Source: an uncultured Clostridia bacterium (GTDB lineage Bacteria > Bacillota > Clostridia > TANB77 > CAG-508). Taken from it: a stretch of 64,000 nt of DNA. The stretch is from NCBI GenBank assembly GCA_963557785.1, contig CAUWBF010000004.1, positions 36,776-100,775 of the forward strand, read 5' to 3'. This document shows positions 8,629 to 19,642 of the stretch, in pieces (position 1 is the stretch's first letter; each line of letters begins with the position of its first letter). Under the pieces are notes generated by a model that saw only the letters and a list, made by a program, of their open reading frames with translations, made no database searches and had not been told where the DNA came from. The position numbers and the translations under genes are program-made.

Positions 8629-10350
8629 ATGGAATATTTAAAAGAATATGAGAAATGGTGTACAGAAAAAGTTTTTGATCAAGAAACAAAAGAAGAATTA
8701 AAAGCTATTGAAAATAATGAAGAAGAAATTAAAGATAGATTTTATAAAGAATTAGAGTTTGGAACAGCGGGATTAAGAGGAGTTATAGGAGCTGGAACAA
8801 ATAGAATGAATAAATATACAGTTGGAAAGGCAACTCAAGGATTAGCAAATTTTATTATAAAAGAAAATGGACAAAATAGGGGAGTTGCAATATCATATGA
8901 TTCTAGAAAAATGTCTCCTGAATTTAGTATGCAAACAGCTTTAATATTAAATGCAAATGGAATAAAAACATATATATTTGATTCTTTAAGACCTGTTCCA
9001 GAATTATCATTTGCTGTTAGAGAATTAGGATGTATAGCAGGGATTATGATTACAGCAAGTCACAACCCACCTAAATATAATGGATATAAGGTATACTGGG
9101 AAGATGGAGCACAAATTGTTGCACCAAAAGATAAATTAATTATAGAAGAAGTAAAAAAAGTAACTGATTATAATGAAATAAAAGAAATGGATAAACAATC
9201 AGCAATAGATGCAGGATTATATAATGTAATAGGAAAACAATTAGATGAAAAATATATGGAAACATTAAATAAATTAGTTTTAAATCCAGATATAATAAAA
9301 GAAGAAAAGGATTTAAAAATAGTTTATACTCCATTACATGGTACAGGCAATATTCCAGTAAGTACAATATTAAAAAAATTAGGATTTGAAAATGTATATA
9401 TTGTAGAAGAACAAAAATTACCAGATGGTAATTTTCCAACAGTTAGCTATCCAAATCCTGAGGATCCAAAAGCTTTTGAATTAGCACTAAAGCTAGCAAA
9501 AGAAAAGGATGCAGATATAGTTTTAGCAACAGACCCTGATGCAGATAGACTAGGGGTATATGCGAAAGATTCAAAAACAGGAGAATATATGCCATTTACA
9601 GGTAATATGTCAGGGTTACTAATTGCTGAATATGAATTATCACAAAAGCAAGAAAAAAATATATTACCAAAAAACGGAGCATTAATAAAGACAATTGTTT
9701 CATCTAACTTAGCTGATGCAATTTCAAAAGAGTATAATGTAAAGTTAATAGAAGTTTTAACAGGATTTAAATATATTGGAGAACAAATAAAATTATTCGA
9801 ACAAACACATGAAAATGAATATGTATTTGGATTTGAAGAAAGTTATGGATGTTTAATAGGAACTCATGCTAGAGATAAAGATGCTATAGCAGCTGTAATG
9901 GCTTTATGCGAAGCTGCAGCATATTATAGAAAGCAAGGATTAACTTTATGGGATCAAATGATAAAAATATATGAAAAATATGGATTCTATAAAGAAGGCT
10001 TATTATCAATAACATTAGAAGGTGCTGATGGAGCAGAAAAAATAAAAGAAATGTTAGAAAGTATGAGAAATAATCCCGTTAGTAAAATCGGAAGTTTTGA
10101 AGTATTAAAATTCAGAGATTATGATAAAGGAATAATAAAAGATTTAAAAAAAGGAACTCAAGAAAATACAAATCTACCAAAATCAAATGTGTTATATTAT
10201 GATTTATCAGAAGATGCTTGGTGTTGTGTTAGACCTTCAGGAACAGAGCCTAAAATTAAGTTTTATATGGGAGTTAAAGGAAATAGCATGATAGATGCAG
10301 AAGAAAAACTTGAAGAACTAACAAATGAAATGAAAAAATATAGTAAATAA
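8629..10350 (+). CDS. Phospho-sugar mutase (alpha-phosphoglucomutase/phosphomannomutase family)
   Basis: GTAGLRG and TASHNPPKYNGYKVY active-site loop motifs, 573 aa. Confidence 0.85.
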   Translation: MEYLKEYEKWCTEKVFDQETKEELKAIENNEEEIKDRFYKELEFGTAGLRGVIGAGTNRMNKYTVGKATQGLANFIIKENGQNRGVAISYDSRKMSPEFSMQTALILNANGIKTYIFDSLRPVPELSFAVRELGCIAGIMITASHNPPKYNGYKVYWEDGAQIVAPKDKLIIEEVKKVTDYNEIKEMDKQSAIDAGLYNVIGKQLDEKYMETLNKLVLNPDIIKEEKDLKIVYTPLHGTGNIPVSTILKKLGFENVYIVEEQKLPDGNFPTVSYPNPEDPKAFELALKLAKEKDADIVLATDPDADRLGVYAKDSKTGEYMPFTGNMSGLLIAEYELSQKQEKNILPKNGALIKTIVSSNLADAISKEYNVKLIEVLTGFKYIGEQIKLFEQTHENEYVFGFEESYGCLIGTHARDKDAIAAVMALCEAAAYYRKQGLTLWDQMIKIYEKYGFYKEGLLSITLEGADGAEKIKEMLESMRNNPVSKIGSFEVLKFRDYDKGIIKDLKKGTQENTNLPKSNVLYYDLSEDAWCCVRPSGTEPKIKFYMGVKGNSMIDAEEKLEELTNEMKKYSK

Positions 10351-10356
10351 TAATTA

Positions 10357-10392
10357 AGGACTAAATACAATTTGTATTTAGTCCTTTTTAAT
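10357..10392. terminator. Bidirectional rho-independent terminator (AAGGACTAAATACA ... TGTATTTAGTCCTT with T-run)
   Basis: Perfect long inverted repeat with flanking A/T runs between convergent genes. Confidence 0.55.
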
Positions 10393-11106
10393 TTCACCTT
10401 TAAACCAACCTTTGATATTACTTCTTTTAATTGCTCCGTATATATTTGCTCTTATATTTGGAATATCTTTTTGAAAACTTTTAATTAAATTTTTCATATC
10501 TTCTCTTTTGGAATATCCATCCATTGGACAAGCTTTTGGCATAATTTGAATATTATTTCTTTTTATATATCCACGAGTTTGGCGTTCTGTAACATATATA
10601 AAAGGTCTAATTAAAGTCATTTTAGATCTATCCATATAACTTACAGGAGCAAATGTATTTATTGTACCAGTATATAGTAAATTCAAGAAAAATGTTTCTA
10701 AAACATCATCTTCATTATGTCCTAATGCAATTTTATTACATCCATGTTCAATAGCAGTGGAATTTAATATTCCTCTTCTTAAGTTAGCGCAAAGTGAACA
10801 AGGATTTTTTTCTTGTCTAATATCAAAAACGATTTCTTTTATATGACTTTTTACTTCTATAAATTCTATATTTAATTCATCACATAACTTTTGTAAAATT
10901 GAAGTATCGAAAAATTCAAATCCAGGATTTACAGTAATTGCAATTAAATCAAATTTTTTAGGATAAAAACGTCTTAAATTATTTAGAGCAATAAGTAATG
11001 TAACTGAATCTTTACCACCTGAAAGTGCTACAGCTATTTTATCATTTTCTTCAATCATATTAAATTCTTCTATTGCCTTTCGCATAGGACTTAAAATACT
11101 CTGCAT
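10378..11106 (-). CDS. ttcA: PP-loop ATPase, tRNA 2-thiocytidine biosynthesis TtcA-like
   Basis: SGGKDS PP-loop and a CSLCANLRR cysteine motif, 242 aa. Confidence 0.7.
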   Translation of the reverse strand: MQSILSPMRKAIEEFNMIEENDKIAVALSGGKDSVTLLIALNNLRRFYPKKFDLIAITVNPGFEFFDTSILQKLCDELNIEFIEVKSHIKEIVFDIRQEKNPCSLCANLRRGILNSTAIEHGCNKIALGHNEDDVLETFFLNLLYTGTINTFAPVSYMDRSKMTLIRPFIYVTERQTRGYIKRNNIQIMPKACPMDGYSKREDMKNLIKSFQKDIPNIRANIYGAIKRSNIKGWFKGEIKKD

Positions 11107-11199
11107 AATAACCTCTCTTTATTAAATATTTTAACATAAATTATATTATATACACAATATTGCTAAAATTCAAGATATATTGTATACTAAATAGGAAAT

Positions 11200-11276
11200 G
11201 TTTCCGTAGCTCAGTAGGATAGAGCGACCGCCTCCTAAGCGGTAGGTCGGCAGTTCGATTCTGCCCGGGAACACCA
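11200..11276 (+). tRNA. tRNA-Arg (anticodon CCU)
   Basis: A hand-folded cloverleaf: a 7 bp acceptor stem, GCTC/GAGC D-stem, ACCGC/GCGGT anticodon stem with loop CTCCTAA (U33, anticodon C34-C35-U36, A37), GGCAG/CTGCC T-stem with a TTCGATT loop, and an encoded CCA. Confidence 0.9.
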
Positions 11277-11297
11277 TTTTAAATTTAAGGAGAAAAA

Positions 11298-11762
11298 ATG
11301 CAAGAAAAATATATGAAAGAAGCTCTAAAAGAGGCAAAAAAAGCATATGATAAAGAGGAAGTTCCAGTTGGTGCTATAATAGTAAAAGATAATAAAATAA
11401 TTGCGAGAGGATATAATTCAAAAGAAGAAAAAAATAATACGATAAAACATGCAGAAATTATAGCTATAGAAAAAGCTAGTAAAAAACTATCAAATTGGAG
11501 ATTAGAAAATTGTGAAATGTATGTAACTCTTGAACCATGTCCAATGTGTGCAGGAGCTATAATAAATTCTAGAATAAAAAAAGTATACATAGGAGCTTTA
11601 GACGAAAAAAGTGGAGCATGTGGATCAGTCTTAAATTTATTTGATTATCCATTTAATCATAAAGTGGAATTTAAAAGTGGAATTTTAGAAAAAGAATGTA
11701 AAGATTTACTTCAACGTTTCTTTAAAGAGTTACGAGAGAAAAAGAAGAAGGAGAATAGATAA
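11298..11762 (+). CDS. tadA: tRNA-specific adenosine deaminase TadA
   Basis: CDA-fold HAE and PCxMC zinc motifs (HAEIIAI ... TLEPCPMCAGAI), 154 aa. The gene lies upstream of scr and dnaX as in B. subtilis. Confidence 0.9.
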   Translation: MQEKYMKEALKEAKKAYDKEEVPVGAIIVKDNKIIARGYNSKEEKNNTIKHAEIIAIEKASKKLSNWRLENCEMYVTLEPCPMCAGAIINSRIKKVYIGALDEKSGACGSVLNLFDYPFNHKVEFKSGILEKECKDLLQRFFKELREKKKKENR

Positions 11763-12514
11763 TGAATTTTATAGATGAATTTTATAGACTAAAAAATAAT
11801 AAGTTTTTTAATAAAATTATTATAATATTATTTTTATTTATAATAATTTTAATTGCCGGTTTTTTTATGCTTAGATATCAAGTAGAAGGAGAAACAAATT
11901 TACCATTTATTTTATCAAAAATAATAGTAGTAAGTTCAGCAGAAGGAAATGACTTAGAGACAACTGATTCAAAATGGTCATTTAGTTTAGCACAAAACAA
12001 TGATTTTTATATAAGTATAAATAAAAATGAAGAATATACAAGAAGTGAAACAATTAAAAGTATAAAAATAGAAAATATACAAGTCGACAAAAAAAAATCG
12101 ATAGGTACTATAAAAAATTATAAACCATCATCAGAAGGATTATTTAAAAATGAGGACCAACATATTATTTCCAATACTTTAGAATATATAGGAAATACAG
12201 AATCAAATATTAATGAACTAAAAATAGGTAATCAAGGAGGTACAATATTATTTAGAAGTTCTAATACAGATATCTTAACATATAATTCTAATGATGACGA
12301 AATATTACACGATGGAACATTATTAGCAAAAGCTGGAATTACAAGTGAACAATTAGAATATTCTATAAAGTTTGACTTAATAATAGAAACTAATAGAGGA
12401 ATAAAATATAAAGGAACAATAAACATGAATTTACCAGAAGGTGATATATTATCAAATGGAAGAACTTCAATAGAAAAAAACAATTTCGATGATGTTGTAT
12501 TTAAAAGAATTTAA
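11762..12514 (+). CDS. Hypothetical membrane-anchored protein (one N-terminal TM helix; 250 aa)
   Basis: The start overlaps the tadA stop (TAATG). A single TM helix is followed by a Ser/Asn-rich extracytoplasmic domain. No family is recognised. Confidence 0.5.
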   Translation: MNFIDEFYRLKNNKFFNKIIIILFLFIIILIAGFFMLRYQVEGETNLPFILSKIIVVSSAEGNDLETTDSKWSFSLAQNNDFYISINKNEEYTRSETIKSIKIENIQVDKKKSIGTIKNYKPSSEGLFKNEDQHIISNTLEYIGNTESNINELKIGNQGGTILFRSSNTDILTYNSNDDEILHDGTLLAKAGITSEQLEYSIKFDLIIETNRGIKYKGTINMNLPEGDILSNGRTSIEKNNFDDVVFKRI

Positions 12515-12557
12515 ATAACTATTGATAAATTAATAAAAACATTATATAATCTATAGG

Positions 12558-12693
12558 AATTAAGCAGTTTAGCCTTTCTATGGAGAGTAGATTTCAATAA
12601 AAAGCTATGAACCTTGTCAGGTCCGGAAGGAAGCAGCAATAAGTAGTGTATTTATGTGAGAGCTGCTTTCCATAGAGAGGCTAAATTTGAATT
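12558..12693 (+). ncRNA. ffs: Signal recognition particle RNA (scRNA/4.5S-type, short form)
   Basis: Contains the universally conserved domain IV motif GTCAGGTCCGGAAGGAAGCAGC, enclosed by a roughly 21 bp terminal helix. The position upstream of dnaX is as in Bacillus. The ends are approximate. Confidence 0.75.
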
Positions 12694-12707
12694 AAGGAAG
12701 TGATATA

Positions 12708-14324
12708 TTGGCATACACAGCTTTATATAGAAAATTTAGACCTCTAACATTTAGTGAGATGGTAGGACAAGAGCATATAACTAAAACATTAAAAAATCAA
12801 ATAGTAGCCGGAAGAGTAGGACATGCTTATTTATTAAATGGTGTAAGAGGAACAGGAAAAACTTCAACAGCAAAAATATTAGCTAGAGCTATTAATTGCT
12901 TAAATCCGATAGATGGAGAACCTTGTAATGAGTGTGAAATTTGTAAGGCTGCACTTGCAGGTTCGTTAACAGATATTGTTGAAATGGATGCGGCATCTAA
13001 CAATAGTGTAGAAGATATAAGAACTATAAGGGAAGAAGTAAATTTTTTACCAACAGTAGCAAAATATAGAGTATATATTATAGATGAGGTTCATATGCTT
13101 TCAACAGGTGCCTTTAATGCATTACTAAAAACATTAGAAGAGCCACCAGAACATGTTAAATTTATACTAGCAACAACAGAGCCACAAAAATTACCAGCAA
13201 CAATATTATCTAGATGCCAAAGATTTGACTTTAAAAAGATACCAGATTCAGATATAATTAAAAGATTAAAAATAGTATGTGAAGAAAGTAATCTAAAAGC
13301 AACTGATGAGGCTTTAAAGGTAATTGCAGTCTTATCAGAAGGAGCTTTAAGAGATGCACTAAGCATATTAGAAAGATGTATACAAGATGGAACAAATGAA
13401 ATTACAGAAAATAAAATTAAGGATTTAGTAGGTATACCAAAGTTTGATTCTATAAATGAATTAACAACTGCTATTATAGAAAATGATGCAATAAAATGTC
13501 TAAACAAAATAGAAGAAATAATAAATACAGGTAAAGATGCATCTAATATTTTATGGGAAATAATAAAATATTTAAGAGATATTTTATTATATAAAACTTC
13601 AAAAAATGAAGGAATTTATAGTAAAAAAGAAATTGAAAAAATTAGTGAATTATCAAGTAAAGCATCTAAAGAAAGATTAATAAAATTAATTTATGAATTT
13701 TCAGAATTAGAAAATGATATTAAATGGTCATCACAAAAAAATATTATGTTTGAAGCAGGTTTAATAAAAGCATGCAACTCGGATGAAAATAATGGAATAG
13801 AAGAATTGGAAAAAAGAATAAACTTATTAGAAAATAAAATAAATTCAGGCGATATTGTAACAAGTAAAGTAAAAAATATAGAAAATAATGTAATACCTAA
13901 TAATAGTATTCCAGTAAAAGAAAATAATATAGTTAAAAAAGAAAATAATCAAAATAATAAAATAGTATATAAAGTAGGAAAAGAAGACCAAAAAATAAAT
14001 GAAGAATGGAATAAAGTAGTTAATCAATTTAAAACAGAAGGAAAAATAATGATATATACTAATTTATTAAATACTAGATTAACTCAAATAAATGATTTAT
14101 TTATAGGTATAGAATTTCCAAATGGTTTAACTGCTTTTGGAAAAACAGTATTAGAAAAAAATGAAAATATGAATGAATTAATAAAGAGAATATCTATAAT
14201 ATTTGGAAAAGAAATGAAAATTAAATTAGTTGATTTAACAAAAAAAGATGAAGTAAAAAAAATATCTGAATTAGAAAGTTTTGCTAAAGATATGGATTTA
14301 CCAATAAATATAATTGAAGAATAA
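12708..14324 (+). CDS. dnaX: DNA polymerase III subunit gamma/tau
   Basis: TTG start with an AAGGAAG RBS, a Walker A motif GVRGTGKTS, and an N-terminus homologous to DnaX (ALYRKFRP ... VGQEHI). Confidence 0.95.
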   Translation: MAYTALYRKFRPLTFSEMVGQEHITKTLKNQIVAGRVGHAYLLNGVRGTGKTSTAKILARAINCLNPIDGEPCNECEICKAALAGSLTDIVEMDAASNNSVEDIRTIREEVNFLPTVAKYRVYIIDEVHMLSTGAFNALLKTLEEPPEHVKFILATTEPQKLPATILSRCQRFDFKKIPDSDIIKRLKIVCEESNLKATDEALKVIAVLSEGALRDALSILERCIQDGTNEITENKIKDLVGIPKFDSINELTTAIIENDAIKCLNKIEEIINTGKDASNILWEIIKYLRDILLYKTSKNEGIYSKKEIEKISELSSKASKERLIKLIYEFSELENDIKWSSQKNIMFEAGLIKACNSDENNGIEELEKRINLLENKINSGDIVTSKVKNIENNVIPNNSIPVKENNIVKKENNQNNKIVYKVGKEDQKINEEWNKVVNQFKTEGKIMIYTNLLNTRLTQINDLFIGIEFPNGLTAFGKTVLEKNENMNELIKRISIIFGKEMKIKLVDLTKKDEVKKISELESFAKDMDLPINIIEE

Positions 14325-14341
14325 TGAAGGAGGAAATAAAA

Positions 14342-14686
14342 ATGGCAAAAAGAGGTGGATTCCCAGGTGGTATGGGAGGATTCGGAGGAATGAATATAAA
14401 TAGCTTAATGAAAGAAGCAAAAAAAATGCAAGCAGACTTAGAAAAAACACAAGCAGATATAGCTTCTAAAGAATTTGAAAGCACAGCAGGTGGAGGAGCA
14501 GTAACCGTAAAAGTATCAGGAACTAAAGCTATAAAAGAAATAAAAATAAAAAAAGAGGTAGTTGATCCAGAAGATGTAGAAATGTTAGAAGACTTAATTT
14601 TGACTTGCGTAAACGAAGCATTAAGAAAAGTAGACAGTATGACGGAGCAACAAATGGGAAAATTTAATATTCCAGGATTAATGTAG
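14342..14686 (+). CDS. ybaB: Nucleoid-associated protein YbaB/EbfC
   Basis: Glycine-rich N-terminus, an [10 protein letters not shown] core and about 114 aa. The start is chosen at the ATG after the GAAGGAGG RBS. Confidence 0.9.
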   Translation: MAKRGGFPGGMGGFGGMNINSLMKEAKKMQADLEKTQADIASKEFESTAGGGAVTVKVSGTKAIKEIKIKKEVVDPEDVEMLEDLILTCVNEALRKVDSMTEQQMGKFNIPGLM

Positions 14687-14696
14687 AGGTAGAGAA

Positions 14697-15296
14697 ATGT
14701 CATTATATTCACCATCAATCGAAAAATTAATAGAAAGTTTTGAAAAATTACCTAGTATCGGTCATAAAACTGCTACTAGGCTAGCTTTTTATATGCTAAA
14801 TTGTAATGAAGAAGAAACAAATGAATTTGTTTCTTCCATAATTAATGCAAAAAAAAATTTAAAATATTGTTCTAAATGTTTTAATATATCGGATACAGAT
14901 CCATGTATAATATGTGGCAATCCAAAAAGAGACGAAGAAATAATATGTGTTGTTGAAGATGTGAAAGATATAATTGCGATGGAAAGAACACATGAATATA
15001 AAGGTGTATATCATGTACTACATGGTTCAATTTCACCAATGAATGGAATAGGTCCAGAAGATATAAAAATAAAAGAATTATTAGCAAGACTTCAAGATGG
15101 CAAAGTAAAAGAAATAATATTAGCAACAAATCCTAGAGTGGAAGGAGAAGCTACAGCTATGTATTTATCAAAGTTAATTAAACCTTTAGGAATAAAAGTT
15201 ACTAGAATTGCTAGAGGAATACCTATTGGAGGAGATTTAGAATATACTGATGAAATAACATTAACTCAAGCATTAGAAGGAAGAAGAGAATTATAA
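14697..15296 (+). CDS. recR: Recombination protein RecR
   Basis: A C4 zinc finger ([16 protein letters not shown]), a Toprim domain and 199 aa. Confidence 0.95.
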   Translation: MSLYSPSIEKLIESFEKLPSIGHKTATRLAFYMLNCNEEETNEFVSSIINAKKNLKYCSKCFNISDTDPCIICGNPKRDEEIICVVEDVKDIIAMERTHEYKGVYHVLHGSISPMNGIGPEDIKIKELLARLQDGKVKEIILATNPRVEGEATAMYLSKLIKPLGIKVTRIARGIPIGGDLEYTDEITLTQALEGRREL

Positions 15297-15310
15297 TATT
15301 AGGAGAATAA

Positions 15311-16051
15311 ATGAGAAATATAAAATTAACTATAGAATATGATGGAAAAGATTTTAATGGTTGGCAAAAGCAACCTAATAAATTAAATATACAAGGTAAT
15401 ATAGAACAAGCGATATATGCAATTACAGGTGAAAAAGTAGAATTAAATGCTTCTGGAAGAACAGATGCAGGAGTACATAGCTTTGGACAGGTAGCTAATT
15501 TTAAAACTAATTCGAATTTACCAATAGAGAAATTTGCAGTTGCCATCAATTCAAAATTAAAGAAATCAATAGTAATAAAAAAAGCAGAAGAAGTAGATGA
15601 AAGATTTCACAGTAGATATAACTGTAAGAAAAAAACATATAGATATGTTATAAACAATTCATTTGAAGGAAGTGCAATATACAGATATTTAGAATACCAT
15701 ATGCCAACAAAATTAAATGTTGAAGATATGAAAAAAGCTATAAAATATTTTGAAGGAGTACATGATTTTTCAGCTTTTAAAGCAAGTGGAACTAGTAGTA
15801 AAAGTAGTGTAAGAGAAATATATTTAGCAGAAATTAAACAAGAAAATGAAAGAATATATATAGAACTTACTGGTAATGGATTTTTATATAATATGGTAAG
15901 AATAATAGCAGGAACATTAGTAGATGTTGGACTTGGAAAAATAAATCCTGATGACATACCAGAAATAATTAATTCGAAAAAAAGAATTAATGCAGGAAAA
16001 ACATTACCGGCACATGGATTGTATTTAGTAAATGTAGAGTATGAAAATTAA
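15311..16051 (+). CDS. truA: tRNA pseudouridine(38-40) synthase TruA
   Basis: Catalytic RTDAGVHS motif, 246 aa. Confidence 0.9.
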   Translation: MRNIKLTIEYDGKDFNGWQKQPNKLNIQGNIEQAIYAITGEKVELNASGRTDAGVHSFGQVANFKTNSNLPIEKFAVAINSKLKKSIVIKKAEEVDERFHSRYNCKKKTYRYVINNSFEGSAIYRYLEYHMPTKLNVEDMKKAIKYFEGVHDFSAFKASGTSSKSSVREIYLAEIKQENERIYIELTGNGFLYNMVRIIAGTLVDVGLGKINPDDIPEIINSKKRINAGKTLPAHGLYLVNVEYEN

Positions 16052-16116
16052 GTAACGAAAAAAAATAGATATTCATAATATAGTATTAAATAAGAATATA
16101 TAAGAGGAGGATTATT

Positions 16117-16494
16117 ATGGATATTTTATTAATATTCTTTGCAATACCATTTGTAGTAATAGTAATTTCAATAGCTTTACAAAAGATATTAAAATGTCCT
16201 ATTTTAGTAGCAGCAATAATATTTTCTATAGCATTATTAATAGCAATAATACTATCAAGCACTACATTAATAATAGCATCTATTTTTTATGGAATATTAT
16301 CTTTTATAGTAGCATTTATAGTTTGTATAATATGTAAGATTTTTAGTAATAATAAATATAGTAATACAATAAATATTACGGGCACTTTAAATCAAAATTC
16401 TGAAGAAACAGAATCTACGGATAATCAAATTATAAATACATTAAATACTGATAATTCAAATGGAACATTTTGTGGATGTTATAGAAGAAGATAA
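16117..16494 (+). CDS. Hypothetical small membrane protein (3 TM helices)
   Basis: Hydrophobic ORF with a GGAGG RBS and no recognised family. Confidence 0.4.
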   Translation: MDILLIFFAIPFVVIVISIALQKILKCPILVAAIIFSIALLIAIILSSTTLIIASIFYGILSFIVAFIVCIICKIFSNNKYSNTINITGTLNQNSEETESTDNQIINTLNTDNSNGTFCGCYRRR

Positions 16495-16514
16495 AAAGAA
16501 AAAGGAGAAATAAT

Positions 16515-16751
16515 TTGAGATTAGATAAATTTTTAAAAGTATCAAAAGTAATAAAAAGAAGAACAATAGCAAATGAAATAGCAGATAAAGGTAGAGTTAT
16601 AATAAATGGAAAACAGGTAAAACCTAGTTATGATGTAAAAATTGGAGATATAGTTGAAATACAATTTGGAGATAAAACATCTAAGTTTGAAATTATATGT
16701 ATACCAAAAGTTCAAGGAAAAGATATGCCAGAAATGATTAAATTGTTATAA
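16515..16751 (+). CDS. S4-domain RNA-binding protein
   Basis: The [15 protein letters not shown] ... GRV.INGK pattern fits an S4 domain, 78 aa. Confidence 0.7.
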   Translation: MRLDKFLKVSKVIKRRTIANEIADKGRVIINGKQVKPSYDVKIGDIVEIQFGDKTSKFEIICIPKVQGKDMPEMIKLL

Positions 16752-16792
16752 AAAAGACATAATAAAATTTGATTTATTATGTCTTTTAAAAT
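16752..16792. terminator. Bidirectional terminator (AAAAGACATAATAAA ... TTTATTATGTCTTTT)
   Basis: Perfect 15 bp inverted repeat flanked by A/T runs between convergent genes. Confidence 0.55.
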
Positions 16793-17122
16793 TTATTCAT
16801 CACTATTAGCAATTACTTTAGCGATGTCATATATAAGTTTTTGCTTGCTAGGTGTGCAATTATCTAAAATTTCTTTAAAATCTTCTACAAGATAAGTTTG
16901 GGAATTATCTGAAGTACCGGATAAAATATAGCCTTCAGATATATCTAATAATGAACATAATTGATTTAATCGTTTTAAATTTATTGGTGATTTTCCACGT
17001 TCAATTCTACTTAAAAAGGCAACGGAAACATCCATTTCCTCAGCTAAATCTTCTTGAGTTAATTTTTTTGATAAACGAGCTTTTTTCAATCTTTCACCCA
17101 TTATAGAATAATCAATTGCCAT
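16793..17122 (-). CDS. XRE-family helix-turn-helix transcriptional regulator
   Basis: HTH_3 pattern LTQEDLAEEMDVSVAFLSRIERG, 109 aa. Confidence 0.8.
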   Translation of the reverse strand: MAIDYSIMGERLKKARLSKKLTQEDLAEEMDVSVAFLSRIERGKSPINLKRLNQLCSLLDISEGYILSGTSDNSQTYLVEDFKEILDNCTPSKQKLIYDIAKVIANSDE

Positions 17123-17342
17123 AAATTATCATCCTTTCTTCTTAAAAATATAGCATTTTATTAAAAATCGTAAAAGAAATGTATAAGTAAAAATGAATAT
17201 ATAAATTAATATAACCAAACTAATTAATTCTATTAGAAATATGGTGAATATTTAATGAATTATGTTGATAAAAAGTGTGCTATATGTTATGATTAAAGTG
17301 TATGTGAATAATAATTTTTTATTATAAAAGGAGGATAAAAAA

Positions 17343-19580
17343 ATGGATTTTAAACAATGGCATGGTTTTAAGAAAAATGGTGAATGGACAAAAGAAATCT
17401 GTGTTAGAGATTTTATTCAAGCAAATTATACTCCATACTCAGGAGATGAAAGTTTCTTAGCTGATGCAACAGAAAGAACAAATAAATTATGGAATGAAGT
17501 TTTAGAACTTTATAAAAAAGAAAGAGAAAATGGAGGAGTACTAGATGCAGACTGCAAAACACCTTCATCAGTAAATGCTTATGAAGCAGGATATATAGAT
17601 AAAGATTTAGAACAAATAGTTGGTTTACAAACAGATAAACCTCTAAAAAGAGCAATAATGCCTAATGGAGGAATAAGAATCGTAGAAAAATCAGCAGAAA
17701 GCTATGGATTAAAAGTAGATCCAGAAACAGCATATATTTATCATAATTTAAGAAAAACTCATAATGATGGAGTTTTTGATGTATATACACCAGATATAAG
17801 AGCTGCTAGAAGTTCGCATTTAATTACTGGACTTCCAGATGGATATGGAAGAGGAAGAATTATAGGAGACTATAGAAGAGTTGCTTTATATGGTGTAGAT
17901 GCACTAATTATGGAAAAGAAAGATGAATTAAATATATTAGACGTAGATGAATTTACAGAAGAAGTAATAAGAAATCGTGAAGAAATAAGCGACCAAATTA
18001 AAGCTCTAGAAGCCTTAAAACAAATGGCATTAAAATATGGATTTGATATATCAGTACCAGCAGCTAATGCTAAAGAGGCAATTCAATGGCTATACTTTGC
18101 ATATTTAGCTGCAACAAAAGACCAAAATGGAGCAGCAATGAGTTTAGGAAGAACTTCTACATTCTTAGATATATATATTCAAAGAGATTTAGAAGATGGA
18201 ATAATAACAGAAGAAGAAGCTCAAGAATTAATGGATCATTTCATTATGAAATTAAGATTAATAAGATTTTTAAGAGCACCAGAATACAATGAATTATTCA
18301 GTGGAGATCCTGTATGGGTAACAGAAAGTATTGGAGGAATGGGTGTAGATGGTAGAACATTAGTAACAAAAAATTCATTTAGAGTTTTACACACTTTAAC
18401 AACATTAGGACCTGCTCCAGAACCAAATTTAACTGTATTATGGTCAAAAAATTTACCACAAGGATTTAAAAACTTTACAGCGAAATTATCAATCAAAACA
18501 TCTTCTATTCAATATGAAAACGATGATTTAATGAGAATAACTTTAGGAGATGATTATGGTATTGCTTGCTGTGTTTCTGCAATGAAAATAGGAAAACAAA
18601 TGCAATTCTTTGGTGCTAGAGCAAATTTGGCCAAAGCACTATTATATGCAATAAATGGTGGTAGAGATGAAAAATCTGGAAAACAAATAACACCAAAATT
18701 TGAACCAATAACATCAGAATATTTAGAGTATAATGAAGTAATGGAAAAATATGATCAAATGATGGATTATGTTGCAAAAATATATATTAAAGCATTAAAT
18801 GCAATTCACTATATGCATGATAAATATTCATATGAAGCTCTAGAAATGGCTTTACATGATAAAGATATAATAAGAACAATGGCTTGCGGAATAGCTGGAC
18901 TTTCAGTTGTAGCAGATTCCCTTTCTGCAATCAAATATGCAAAAGTAAAAGTCTTAAGAGATGAAACAGGACTAGCTGTTGATTATCAAGTAGAAGGTGA
19001 TTTTCCAAAATACGGAAATGATGATGATAGAGTAGATGAAATAGCAGTTGAATTAGTAAAAACATTTTTAAAGAAATTACAAAAACATGTAACATATAGA
19101 GGTTCAAAACACACATTATCAGTATTAACAATAACTTCAAATGTTGTATATGGAAAAGCAACAGGAAATACTCCTGATGGAAGAAGAGCTGGAGAACCTT
19201 TTGGACCAGGAGCAAATCCTTTACATGGAAGAGATATAAACGGAGCTTTAGCTGTAATGAATTCAATAGCTAAATTACCATATGAATATTCAGAAGATGG
19301 TATATCTTATACATTCTCTATCACTCCAGGAACATTAGGAAACGAAATAGAAACAAAGATAAATAATTTAGTAAGTATGTTAGATGGATATTTTATGCAA
19401 ACAGGTCATCATATAAATGTTAATGTGTTTGATAGAAGTCTACTTGAAGATGCTATGGAACACCCTGAAAAATATCCTCAATTAACAATTAGAGTATCAG
19501 GATATGCAGTTAATTTTATAAAATTAACAAGAGAACAACAATTAGATGTAATAAACAGAACAATACATGAAAAGATATAG
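17343..19580 (+). CDS. pflB: Formate C-acetyltransferase (pyruvate formate-lyase)
   Basis: 745 aa with the C-terminal glycyl-radical motif RVSGYAVNF and the active-site region CCVSAM. Confidence 0.95.
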   Translation: MDFKQWHGFKKNGEWTKEICVRDFIQANYTPYSGDESFLADATERTNKLWNEVLELYKKERENGGVLDADCKTPSSVNAYEAGYIDKDLEQIVGLQTDKPLKRAIMPNGGIRIVEKSAESYGLKVDPETAYIYHNLRKTHNDGVFDVYTPDIRAARSSHLITGLPDGYGRGRIIGDYRRVALYGVDALIMEKKDELNILDVDEFTEEVIRNREEISDQIKALEALKQMALKYGFDISVPAANAKEAIQWLYFAYLAATKDQNGAAMSLGRTSTFLDIYIQRDLEDGIITEEEAQELMDHFIMKLRLIRFLRAPEYNELFSGDPVWVTESIGGMGVDGRTLVTKNSFRVLHTLTTLGPAPEPNLTVLWSKNLPQGFKNFTAKLSIKTSSIQYENDDLMRITLGDDYGIACCVSAMKIGKQMQFFGARANLAKALLYAINGGRDEKSGKQITPKFEPITSEYLEYNEVMEKYDQMMDYVAKIYIKALNAIHYMHDKYSYEALEMALHDKDIIRTMACGIAGLSVVADSLSAIKYAKVKVLRDETGLAVDYQVEGDFPKYGNDDDRVDEIAVELVKTFLKKLQKHVTYRGSKHTLSVLTITSNVVYGKATGNTPDGRRAGEPFGPGANPLHGRDINGALAVMNSIAKLPYEYSEDGISYTFSITPGTLGNEIETKINNLVSMLDGYFMQTGHHINVNVFDRSLLEDAMEHPEKYPQLTIRVSGYAVNFIKLTREQQLDVINRTIHEKI

Positions 19581-19642
19581 GAGTATCAATATGCAGAATA
19601 TAGATAGAGAAACTCGGAGCTCGTATACATTCTTTTGAAAGT

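Noticed and set aside
13850-14030. Asn/Lys/Ile-rich low-complexity stretch in the DnaX C-terminal region (NNVIPNNSIPVKENNIVKKENNQNNK).
   Set aside because: It is in frame within dnaX, in the variable tau linker region. It is a compositional bias and not a repeat element or an insertion.
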